Shown here: piece by piece, positions 25,305-38,100 of the stretch
Layout: every line of letters begins with the position of its first letter
Numbering within the stretch: the stretch's first letter is position 1
NCBI GenBank assembly: GCA_002269645.1
Contig: NIVC01003033.1
Coordinates: 59,773-123,772 of the forward strand
Length of the DNA: 64,000 nt
DNA from: Macrostomum lignano
Taxonomy: Eukaryota
Direction: 5' to 3'
Notes under the pieces: model-generated
The model's database searches: none
Told to the model about the DNA's origin: nothing
The model's input: only the letters and a program-made list of their open reading frames with translations
Position numbers and translations under genes: made by a program

Positions 25305-25498
25305 TGTACATTTCCAGTGGCGCTAGCTAATGTACAGTACCTATAAGCTATCATTAGTTGTGCACGTCTGCAAGTCACTTCAACTGTGCCTTTCTTGTCG
25401 CAAAAAATAGCTTACATATTCTTCACTGCTACTGAACTGAAAGTAGAGAAACTGTTCTGCCTAGCAAATATGCCTAATTGGCCCAGCTAGCTATTAAA
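25305..25498. mobile_element. Diverged right half of the same MITE family
   Basis: TGTACATTT..AGTGG..AAAATAGCTTAC.TATTCTTC..TGCTACTGAACTGAAAGTAGA..GGCCCA.CTAG similarity to 24650-24863. Confidence 0.65.
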
Positions 25499-25549
25499 AA
25501 AAGAATTCTGTGGCTTTAATAAGACCAAATATGAAGAGGTTCCAGGGCT

Positions 25550-25815
25550 CTAGGAAGCCCGCTGCTGACCGCTGCCATCGGCTCCATCGCCGGAGCTACC
25601 GCTGCCGCTGCCGCCCTCCTCCGTGCTGTCTTCATCGTCTTCTCCGTCGTTCTCTGCTTCGCCGCTGCTGTCGCCGCTGCTGCCGCTGCTACCACCGGAT
25701 GCGTCGCGGGGGTTGATTTGGGCCCGACGCTCAACAACTACGAAGTCGCTCGGCGGCGGAGTCTGACTGCCGCTGATGTCGGAGCCGTCGGGCGCAGTCA
25801 GAGAGCTGGACAGGT
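25550..25815 (-). CDS. RhoGEF2: RhoGEF terminal exon 24 (acidic, Gly/Ser-rich), ends in TAG
   Basis: [11 protein letters not shown]...SDFVVVERR...[12 protein letters not shown]...QQRAS*; phase matches exon 23. Confidence 0.78.
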
Positions 25816-27730
25816 CTGCGCAATGTTTTGAACAGATGACAGGCGGTTCGGGAGTGTAAAATCAGAAGCAATTTGACCCCACCTGGTATGCCCAGTGTGA
25901 ATGTCCTGGAATCTTTGGTTTGGGGAGGTCAACTGACCCCTCATTGAATCTCTTGTGGTTGGGGGAGGTCAACTGACACCTCATGGAATCTGTTGTGGTT
26001 GGGGGAGGTCAACTGACACCTCATGGAATCTGTTGTGGTTGGGGGGAAGTGAGCCGACCTCTCAAGGAGTATGTGATTGAGGGGGGGGGGGTCAGCAGGT
26101 CGTTCCTGGAATCTGTAGATAGGGGGGGTCAATTGACCCTTCATAGAATCTTTTGTGGTTCGGGGGAGGTCAACTGACACCTGATTAAATCTGTTGTGGT
26201 TGGGGAAGGTCAACTGACACCTCATGGAATCTGCTGTGGTTTTGGGGAGGTCAACTGACCCCTTATGGAATTCGTGGTTGGAGGTCAATTCACCCCTCTG
26301 TAATTCTTAAAATTAGCAAGTAGAGTTCATCTGTGACAAGTTATTGGATTAGAAATGCAAACCAATCGATATTTTGCAAAGCACATTGCGTATTTAGACT
26401 TAAACGGATAAATTTAGATTTGTTATAATATAATACAATAAGCTTTTGCTTAAAAGTAAAAAACAGTGCAGAAAATATTAAATAATAAATAGGAGTTAAT
26501 AACCCTAACACTTGTAGTGCAAAAAGTTAATCTGCTTATTATTTTCGATTATTGATTATAGAAGATGCTCAATTTGCATCCATTTCTCATCAATATAGTA
26601 GTGTTACCAAAAATATGTTAAATTATATTATTAACGAGTTGCAACCGGCTCAGCAACAGTATAACAAACCGAATTAAAACAGACAAATAACATTTTACTG
26701 AGCCAAAGCCCAACAGATACTGTATCGGCGTACTTGACAATCGAAATCCAAAGACGACAGCTGAAAATTATTCGTCATGTTTGAAGTCTTTTGAAGTATT
26801 GATAAAACCCGAACCCAAGTATGACCCAAGTATGACAAGTATTTCTGACTGGTCATTCTGACTGGCCATTCTTTTAGTCATTCTGACTGGTCATTCATTC
26901 GGTCATTCTGATTGGTCACTCTGACTGGTCATTATTTCGGTCATTCTTACTGGTCATTCATTCGGTCATTCTGACTGGTCATTCATTTGGTCATTCTGAC
27001 TGGTCATTCATTCGGTCATTCTGACTGGTCATTCATTCGGTCATTCTGATTGGTCATTCATTCGGTCATTCTGACTGGTCATTCATTCGGTCATTCTGAC
27101 TGGTCATTCATTCGGTCATTCTGACTGGTCATTCATTCGGTCATTCTGACTGGTCATTCATTCGGTCATTCTGACTGGTCATTCATTCGGTCATTCTGAC
27201 TGGTCATTCATTCGGTCATTCTGATTGGTCATTCATTCGGTCATTCTGAATGGTCATTCATTCGGTCATTCTGATTGGCCATACATTCGTTCATTCTGAC
27301 CGGTCACTCATTCGGTCATTCTGACTGGTCATTCATTCGGTCATACTCACCATTATTATCATCGGGAGACGCATCCCCCCTGTTGGCATTGCCGCCGCTG
27401 CTGCTGCTGTTAAAGCGGCTGTCTTTTGCTGAATTGACCGCCTGCAGTGCCCGCTTGAGGGTGGCCACGTCGGCGGACACTTCGTCGCCAGCGACCGGCG
27501 TTGGCGGCGGCAGGTCCGCTGAATAATAGCTGCCGGCTGCGGCTGCCCAGGTGGACGGTTCCTGCATTGAAATTTGTAAAATTTATTCGTTTGTCCGGGT
27601 AAACAGCGCCAGCAACTATGAACTGATTTGCGGAGCAAAATGCTTTGTCAGCTAGTTAGCCAGAGTAGATATACGAGCATTAGGTTTAAGTCTGTGTATT
27701 TGTCTCTGTTTGTCTTTCTGCCTGCCTGCC

Positions 27731-27761
<31 letters not shown>

Positions 27762-28925
27762 TTTAGTGTCTGCCTGTCTCTGGGTGTCTGTCTTATTTCT
27801 GGGTGCCGTATCTTAGACTAGATACCAGCGGGGGGATTTCATGAATGAAGTGTGACAAGTGACAATTTGTCAAGCGTTTTCTTGCCCATCATCATGGGGA
27901 CAAAACAAATTCAGCTACATGTAGTGCACCTCGTGTCAACAGAGTCTATTGATTATTGAGAAAAAAGAAATAATTCATATAATTCAGTATAGCTGATGAT
28001 ATGCTGTCCATTCTACAGTTCGAAGCCGTACAATAGTTTAAGCTGTCTATGGCCTTAACCTAATGGCTGAAGAATATATCATTGGACACCCAGTTTGGCC
28101 ATAGACAGTGCTGCTGAACACCTTTCTCAGCTTGATAAGCGGTTGCTCAAAACTCACAAAACCAAAGTTATTGTCACTTGTCACTTGAACTTTATTCATA
28201 AAAAACCCCAAAGGTGTTTAAATTGAAATTAAAACAACACAAAATGCACTTTAGTAGACAGAAAAAATTACAACAAAGAAAAACATGCTTGCTTTAAACA
28301 TAGTGGACAAAGGAAACACAATAAACAAATATAAAAAACTGTGCAAACGCTAAACACACTACTGCAATCAATAGTACGATTGATAATAATTGAAAAGGTT
28401 CGATTTACTGAAACAAAACTTTGCTTCGGTTTTTTTAATATAGACGGTTCAAATTCAAATAATCGGTTAATATGACAGCTTATATCGTTACATATAAGTC
28501 AGAGGCTTCACTACGACTTCTAGGCTGCACACACACCACAACAGCAATGCGCAATCAGCTGAATGACACGCAGCTAGGGCAATTATGCTTGAAAAAGCTC
28601 ATTATTAAACAGCTATGAGTGCCAGTTGACAGGTCCACTGTTTCTATGTAAATAATACAAGTCTAAGATTAATAAAAATTTGAACCTAATGATCTTTATT
28701 AAAGTAACTTCAACGAGGCAAGCATACCGTTTTATGAACAAATGGATTATGCATTGTGACCTAGTTTGCAACTGTGCCTGGCTTGTGCGTGTCTGTCTGT
28801 CTGTCTGCCTGTCTGTCTGTCTGTCTGTCTGTCTGTCTGCCTGTCTGTCTGCCTGTCTGTCTGTCTGTCTGTCTGCCTGTCTGCCTGTCTGTCTGTCCGT
28901 CTGTCTGTGTGTCTGCCTGTCTGCC

Positions 28926-28966
<41 letters not shown>

Positions 28967-28977
28967 GCCTGCCTGCC

Positions 28978-29022
<45 letters not shown>

Positions 29023-29149
29023 GCCTGTCTGTCTGTCTGTCTGTGTGTCTGCCTGTCTGCCTGTCTGCCTGTCTGTCTGTCTGTCTGTCTGTCTGTCTGC
29101 CTGTCTGTCTGTCTGCCTGTCTGCCTGTCTGTCTGCCTGTCTGTCTGCC

Positions 29150-29182
<33 letters not shown>

Positions 29183-29535
29183 GCCTGTCTGTCTGTCTGT
29201 CTGTCTGTCTGTCTGCCTGTCTGTCTGCCTGTCTGTCTGTCTGTCTGCCTGTCTGTCTGTCGTCTGTCTGTCTGTCTGCCTGTCTGTCTGTCTGTCTGTC
29301 TGCCTGTCTGTCTGTCTGTCTGTGTGTCTGCCTGTCTGCCTGTCTGTCTGTCTGCCTGTCTGTCTGTCTGTCTGTCTGTCTGTCTGCCTGTCTGTCTGTC
29401 TGCCTGTCTGTCTGCTTGTCTGTCTGCCTGTCTGTCTGTCTGTCTGTCTGTCTGCCTGTCTGTCTGCCTGTCTGTCTGTCTGTCTGCCTGCCTGTCTGTC
29501 TGTCTGCCTGTCTGTCTGTCGTCTGTCTGTCTGTC

Positions 29536-29579
<44 letters not shown>

Positions 29580-29582
29580 GCC

Positions 29583-29615
<33 letters not shown>

Positions 29616-29705
29616 GCCTGTCTGTCTGTCTGTCTGCCTGTCTGTCTGTCTGTCTGCCTGCCTGTCTGTCTGTCTGCCTGTCTGTCTGTCGTCTGTCTGT
29701 CTGAC

Positions 29706-29740
<35 letters not shown>

Positions 29741-29847
29741 GTGTCTGTTTGTCTGTCTCTGTTTGTCTTTCTGCCTGTCTGTCTGTCTGCCTGTCTGTCT
29801 GTCTGTCTGCCTGTCTGTCTGTCTGTCTATCTGTCTGTCTGTCTGTG

Positions 29848-29915
<68 letters not shown>

Positions 29916-30017
29916 CGTGTGTCTGTTTGTCTGTCTCTGTTTGTCTTTCTGCCTGTCTGTCTGTCTGTCTGTCTGTCTGCCTGTTTGTCTGTCTGTCTAT
30001 CTGTCTGTCTGTCTGTG

Positions 30018-30084
<67 letters not shown>

Positions 30085-32095
30085 GTAAGTGTAGTGTCTG
30101 CATTAGTGTCTTTCTGAGTCTGTGTCTGTGTCTGTCTGTCTGTCTTACTGTGTGTAGTGTCGGTTTTAGTGTCTTTCTGAGTCTGTGCCTGTCTGTCTGT
30201 CTGTGTGTCTGTCATAGTGTTTGCCTGGCTGTTTGGCCTCAATCGCTCAGAAGACCCCAGTACAGGTCAAGCATCCGGACTCTGCCAGTTCAGCCACAGC
30301 AGGCGGCTCACCTCGATGCACTGGGCGGCAGCCCTAGCCGCGGCGGCCACGCCAGCCAGCAAAGAGTCCGCCATCACCAGCCTACTGCTATCGGCATTGC
30401 AATCATAATTCTCAGCATCAGCTGCGGCAGCCGCATCGCTGCAGGAGCTGACAGCCATCAGGCGGCTGACAATTTCCCCAACAGCCGAGTGGGCCTGCTC
30501 AACTAGGCGCCAGGCGGCTAGGATTTTAGCCGACTGGTTGCTAGGCAACAGGCGTTGCTGCGAGCGGGGAAAAATGAATTTGGGGGAAAATTGTACATGT
30601 AAATAATTGATGCAAATAAACGCCTGGGCGATTTTTATAAGGGAATATGATATATACGGAGACTCGAGCTCAGGACCTTTACATTGGCACGATTAGTATA
30701 GTCGTTGAAAACTAACAAAATTCTATATATTAAACGGTGACTGAGAGCGTAAGCAAATTTAATACAATTATAGAATGTCTATTCACTAGCTTTGTCAAAT
30801 TAATAATTAATATCGACTAAATGCAAAGCGTGACGTGATGAGTAGCTTTATAGTAAAAAAATGCAAAACAAATATAAGCTTATTTATTATTATGATATGC
30901 AAAACCATGCGCAACACATCCTACTAGCACTAATATAATAGTATAAGTAAGCGGTTATAACTTATACTGGCTAAATAGATTGCATTATTAGATCAGACAC
31001 TAGAATAACTAAATGGGCCACTCAGCACATTTGCGTGTAAGCTACTTTCAGTTCAGTAGTAAGTTAAACCGAAGCATTTTAATGTATTTTTAAAGCCAAG
31101 GCTCATTTATTGGCTCTTCCCACCTCCCCCCAGCCTAAACCCTCCAACCGCGCCTTTCCACACTACCCCCCCACCCCGCCCCATTTTTTATTGCCTTTCT
31201 TGGAATTCCAGCCTAAAGCTGCCATGTACATTTCAGTGGACTGGCTAATGTACATCATGGCTGGACCAATTAGCAAGTTGTTTGAGACTGCAAGCTTGGG
31301 CTTCTAAACTTATCAAAGTCATTTCAGCTGCCTTTTTATAAAATAGCTTATGTATTCTTCTTTGCTACTGAACTGAAAGTAGAAAGCTGTTTCACTAAGT
31401 ATATGTGCCTGAGTGGGCCATCTAGTTATTTTAGAATCCGGGCATTGGATTCAATATTCGTTATTAACATGTACGAGCACACAACCCTTGTTGATGCATG
31501 CACTGCACAGCACAGCAGCACCATTTCATGCCATATTCAACTAGCTTTGCATATTTATCAACTAAAAACTATAATACATCTGTCCCCTACTACTTGTAGT
31601 AGCTTACTAACTGTAGGAGATCAACCTCTCGGGCACAAACGGCCTCATAAGTGTAGAACATTGTTGGACACTGTAAGATTCGTTTCAGATTAAACTGCTT
31701 TCAATTTGTTAGTAAAAGAATGAGTGATCATCGAAATGAAATATTGAGAAATTATTAAAGTTATTGTGGGAGCCTAATATGAAAATCAGCCCGCTGGTCT
31801 CACCTCGGCCACAATCTGCGTCAGGCAGGCCCGCTGCTCCCGCATCAGCTCAGATTGGCGCTGGAAATTCTCCACTGACTGCTGGACTCCAGACACTGGA
31901 GATACCGCTGATGCCGCTGCGGGCTCGTCTGACTCTGGGGCCGCCTCTGCGAGTGGAAGTTGATCGTAGGTAGATAAATAGATGGATAGATAGACAGATA
32001 GATAGATATATATATAGATGAATGAATGGCTGGATGGATGGATGGATAGACAGACAGACAGAAAGACACTAAGGCAGACAGACAGATACTGAGGC

Positions 32096-32127
<32 letters not shown>

Positions 32128-35100
32128 GGACAGACAGACAGTCAGACAAACAAACAGACACATAGACAGAAACAAAGGCAGGCAGATAGACAGACAGACA
32201 GAAACTAAGGCAGACAGACAGCAGACAGACAGACAGACAAACAGAGACAGACACAAAGGTAGGCAGACAGACGTTCGCACAGAAGACTGCACCTGTGTCA
32301 GCTATTCTTGATGAAGAGTCCGAGCTCTCCTCCACCTCCGGTCTGGCGGCAGGCTGTTGCTGCTCATCCAGCTCCTGCTCCTGCTGCTGCTGCTCGGGCA
32401 GAGGCGGCTCGGCAGCCACAGCGGCGGCAGCAATGGCCATTCCGGCGTGACTGTTCGCCCGACGATGCCGCTCGGTAGCCTCGGTGGATGCCGCAGGCGT
32501 GGCAGCCGAAGTTGCGGCAGGGGCGGAGGCGACAGCCGAGACAGCAGAAACAGCTGGGCCCCTTGATAAAAATGAGAAGAACACAATTAGCCTACTATTA
32601 GCCTACTGATTGACCCACCTATTAGCCTACTAATTGACCCACCTATTAGCCTACTAATTGACCCACCAATTAGTCTACTGATTGACGTAAAATTAGCCTA
32701 CTAATTGGCCCAACAATCAGCCTACTAATTGACCCAACAAATAGCCTATAATTGACGCACCAATTAGCCTACTAATTGACCCACCAATTAGTCTACTGAT
32801 TGACGTAAAATTAGCCTACTAATTGGCCCAACAATTAGCCTATTAATTGACCCACCAATTAGCCTACTACTTGACGCACCAATTAGCCTACTAATTGATT
32901 CACCTATTAGGCTACTAATTGACCCACCAATTAGCCTACTAATTGATTCACCTATTAGGCTACTAATTGACGCACCAATTAGCCTACTAATAACTAATAT
33001 ACTAGGCTAGGCTAGCTTCAAGCTTTGACCCCAAAAGTGCTAAGCCAATATAGCTGAGCCACAAATCGAGACTAAATGAGAAATACAAAGAGAACTTACC
33101 TGGTTAGGTCAGTGCTGGACCCGGCCATGCTGGAGTGGCGATCCAGCCGGCTAGACAGCCGCGGCGCCAGCTTGCGAATGCACTCGGCAAACTCGCTAGC
33201 CGGACTGCTGGCCTCGTTGGCCAAAAACGGCATCCTGGGCCGGTCTTGGCTGACCCGAAATTCCAGCATTAGGGGCTTGACGCGGCCGCTGTTGTCAAGA
33301 GTCTGTTCGATTATGATGCGAAATTCGGCGCACCTGGCTCGCGACGACGAGCCGCCGCCAATTTGGTCCAGTTTACGTCGATTCTCGGTGTCCGTGTCGA
33401 ATATGTGGACGACGCTTTCCATGGGTATGATTGGCGGGCAGCTAACTGCGATCAGGCTGGCGTGGCCTGGCGCCGGCTGCTCGCTCGGCGCCGGAGTCTG
33501 GGGAAGCGGCAACGACTGCGGCTGTTGTTGCTGCAACTGCTGCTGCTGCTGCTGATGCTGTTGCTGGGAGGCCAGCGACATACTGGGGCCTGGAATTGTG
33601 GGATAATAAATCGTGCATAGGGTTATGACTATGGTCATGTATCCGGTTTGTGACTATGGTCATGTATCGGGTTATGACTATGGTCATGTATCGGGTTTGT
33701 GACTATGGTCATGTATCGGGTTATGACTATGGTCATGTATCGGGCTATGACTATGGTCATGTATCGGGTTTGTGACTATGGTCATGTATCGGGTTTGTGA
33801 CTATGGTCATGTATCGGGTTATGACTATGGTCATGTATCGGGTTTGTGACTATGGTCATGTATCGGGTTTGTGACTATGGTCATGTATCGGGTTATGACT
33901 ATGGTCATGTATCGGGTTTGTGACTATGGTCATGTATCGGGTTATGACTATGGTCATGTATCGGGTTATGACTGGTCATGTATCGGGTTATAACTATGGT
34001 CATGTATCGGGTTATGACTATGGTCATGTATCGGGTTATGACTATGGTCATGTATCGGGCTATGACTATGGTCATGTATCCGGTTTGTGACTATGGTCAT
34101 GTATCGGGTTTGTGACTATGGTCATGTATCGGGTTATGACTATGGTCATGTATCGGGTTATGACTATGGTCATGTATCGGGTTATGACTATGGTCATGTA
34201 TCGGGTTATGACTATGGTCATGTATCGGGTTATGACTATGGTCATGTATCGGGTTATGACTGTGGTCATGTATCGGGTTATGACTATGGTCATGTATCGG
34301 GTTATGACTATGGTCATGTATCGGGTTATGACTATGGTCATGTATCGGGTTATGACTAGGGGTATGGTCATATATTGATCTATTTAAGTCGATAGAAACA
34401 CATATGGTCACTAACCAGTTTATGACAGAGGTCATAGAATTGATCATGACTATGATTACAGATTAATATACTCACCAAGATGTTTAAGCAGCTGATATTT
34501 AGTAGTTCGATTCTCGTCAGACTCGGAGATGACCAATAGGAACTCGGTGAACACGAACAGTCGCAGCCGGTAGTTGTCCAAGCCGGGCATGTGCACCTCC
34601 CTAGTTAGGTAGAGCCGGCACGTGTGCAAGTGGGAGATCTGGTTTCTGAACCGGTGTACCTGGCTCTCGTCCATCATTGATTTTTCCCAGAAATTGGAAA
34701 ACGATTTACTCAGCACCAGCTGGCGACTGAGCTCTTTCAGCTTGACTCCGATGTTGTTGCTGTAGTCGCTGATGTCCTTGGCTATGCTTAGGCATGCTTC
34801 CAGATTCTCGGCGTCCTTGGCTGCAAAATCGAATTATGGCGTTGTGAAGGAAACCGTTTTATACTGCTGATCGATGGACTAGACAGCCTGAAAAGCTAGG
34901 AGGCTGGCTGCCCAGTCTGAGGATCTGGGAGGCTGGCTGCTCAGCCTGAGGATCTGGGAGGCTGGCTGCCCAGTCTGAGGATCTGGGAGGCTGGCTGCTC
35001 AGTCTGAGGATATGGGAGGCTGGCTGCTCAGCCTGAGGATCTGGGAGGCTGGCTGCTCAGCCTGAGGATCTGGGAGGCTGGCTGCTCAGCCTGAGGATCT

Positions 35101-38100
35101 GGGAGGCTGGCTGCTCAGCCTGAGGATCTGGGAGGCTGGCTGCTCAGCCTGAGGATCTGGGAGGCTGGCTGCCCAGTCTGAGGATCTGGGAGGCTGGCTG
35201 CTCAGTCTGAGGATCTGGGAGGCTGGCTGCTCAGCCTGAGGATCTGGGAGGCTGGCTGCTTAGCCTGAGGATCTATTGCCTCCCCCATAAGTGCTGCATT
35301 CCATAACGCAAGCAAACCAGAAGCTCACCAGCAAAACTACAAGCGGACTTGGCCTTCTTAGCCTTCTTAACCGCGGCATCGAGCAGGGTGACCATTCGCA
35401 TAGTCTGCTGCATGTTGACGCTGTACAGATCAACAAATCGCCGCTTATTCATAACCGGATGCGCCTCGGCCCGGCTGAAGAAGCCGTTAAAGTCCTGATT
35501 GTCGCGGCGCAGGCTGATCAGCTTCAGTATAATATCGTCCTCATTAATATTAGATGTCTTACGTTTCGTGGCGGTTTTAGCAAACCCGAAGCTCAGACTA
35601 AGCCGTTTAAATTCGAACACGTGATCGTCCGCGGTGTACCAGGCTAACAGGCGCTCGCCGAACTGTTCCAGCAAGCAGGCGCTGTTGCGGAATTCTTCAA
35701 GGCTCGGGCCTCGCAAACTTGCTAGCAGGCTTTTGTACAGGCCGATGCAATCGGGCACGAAGTGCAGCCCCAACTGGTTGAGCGTCTCTTTGTAGGCGGC
35801 CGGCCAGTGCTGCACAAACAGCTGCTGCAGAATGGTCAGAGCGCGCAGATGGCTCATGGAGCTGAACACCATCTCGTGCAGAGCCAGCTGGTATTCTTTC
35901 AGTCTGTCAAAGTCTTTGTCGTAGGTTTTTCTTAATTCCGCTAATCGGCCGTTCAGATCCATGTCCATTATGTAGGCGTGAAAGTCTACTTGTACGGACC
36001 GGATGTCCGGGTGCCCGCTCACGTGGTCGCTTGGCGCTAGCGGCTGCGGCGTACGGGCCTGCTGAGAACTCTCATCCTTAGCTTGGTCCTGCATTGGAGA
36101 GGATTAAATGAGGCATTGGGAGCAATGCGCTGGGATATTTGGTGCAGGAATGGGATCACACAGACTCATGAGTTTCGCAGCTGGGATAATAGGGTCCTCA
36201 TATCTGGGATAATAGGGTCCTCATATCTGGGATAATGGGGTCATCATAGCTGGGATAATAGGGATCATCATAGCTGGGATAATAGGGTCATTATAGCTGG
36301 GATAATAGGGTCATCATAGCTGGGATAATGGGATCATCATAGCTGGCATAATGGGCTCATTATAGCTGGGATAATAGGGTCATCATAGCTAAGATAATGG
36401 GGTCATCATAGCTAAGATAATGGGATCATCATAGCTGGCATAATGGGGTCATCATAGCTGGGATAATAGGGTCATCATAGCTGGGATAATGGGATCATCA
36501 TAGCTGGCATAATGCGGTCATCATAGCTGGGATAATAGGGTCATCATAGCTAAGATAATGGGATCATCATAGCTAATATAATGGGATCATCATAGCTGGC
36601 ATAATGGGGTAATCATAGCTGGGATAATGGGATCATCATAGCTGGCATAATGGGGTCATCATAGCTGGGATAATAGGGTCATCATAGATGGGATAATAGG
36701 GTTATCATAGCTGGGATAATAGGGTCATCATAGCTGGGATAATGGGGTCATCATAGCTGGGATAATGGGGTCATCATAGCTGGGATAATAGGGTTATCAT
36801 AGCTGGGATAATAGGGTCATCATAGCTGGGATAATAGGGTCATCATAGCTGGGATAATAGGGTCATCATAGCTGGAATAATAGGATCATCATAGCTGGGA
36901 TAATAGGGTCATCTGGGATAAGCTGGGTCATCAGGGGGTCATCAAGCAGGGGTCAGGATCATCAGGTGGTCAGGGGGTCATCATAGGGTCATCATTGCTG
37001 GGATAATGGGGTCACCACAGCTGGGATAATAGGGATCATCATAGCTGGGATAATAGGATCATCATAGCTGGGATAATAGGATCATCATAGCTGGGATAAT
37101 GGTGTCACCACAGCTGGGATACTGGGATCGTGAGCAAGAAACAAAAAGCTCCCATTAGGCTCACAGATTCGGAATCTGCAGCAGCGGCAGACGGAGTGGC
37201 TGACAGTTCGCCGTTGGCAGGCGACAGCGGCTGCAGGCTGGGCGAGCGGGACTGGCGGCCGAGGGCGGCGGCCGTGGCGATGGAATCGGCCTCGGGCAGG
37301 TCGACGACTTCTGAGGATTAGCAGTTATATTGAGAATACACTTAGTACACTATTACCAACAACTTACACGCTCACCTAGACTTTCTCATCGTCGGGTACG
37401 TAGGCTCCCCGATGAAAACATATTTTTAACAAGTCTATTTAGACTACTTGAGTTAGTAGAAAGTTAGGAGCAAACGCAAAGACTCTTAGGCGACGAGTTC
37501 GCGACTCTTTTTTACGATTCTGCAACACACGTGATGCGCTCGTGACTCAACAGTCGCCTCTCCGTTGCATTGCAGTTACTCGTATTTAGCGAATATTGTC
37601 ATGGTAACGTTTTCAACAGGCTAGCAAAATTCTTGATTTATTGCAACTGTGCTCAACAGGAATCCCGCCTGTAAACTAACGGAGCAAGCTTTGCAAGCTT
37701 AAATCGTGATTGGGACTGAAGAAAACAAAAACACAACATATATCTTACGAATAGCCGAAGCTGGGTCAGACGACTGTTGGCTTTGTCGGCGCAAATTCTG
37801 CTGTTGCTGCCGCAAGAGTCCATCGCTATCAAGACTTGAAGACATGGCCTGAGACGAAGCCGGATGCTGAGACGGATGTTGAGCATGCGGCGGCGGCTGC
37901 GGCGGCTTCTGACTGCCTGGTGGCACTGGAATTGACAGCGAGTTGATTTTTTGTTAATAAATCAATTAAAAGTAGATAATACATATAGAATTTTACTAAA
38001 CGCGCCGCTTGTAGGGGGGGGGGACAGCGAGTTTGCTTAATCAAATTAGATTATTAGCAGGAAAGAAAACCAACAAAAGCAAAACGGTTTGAAAATCAAT

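Noticed and set aside
28613-30506. 400-600-aa LSVC/QTDR ORFs
   Set aside because: (CTGT)n microsatellite inside RhoGEF intron 22.
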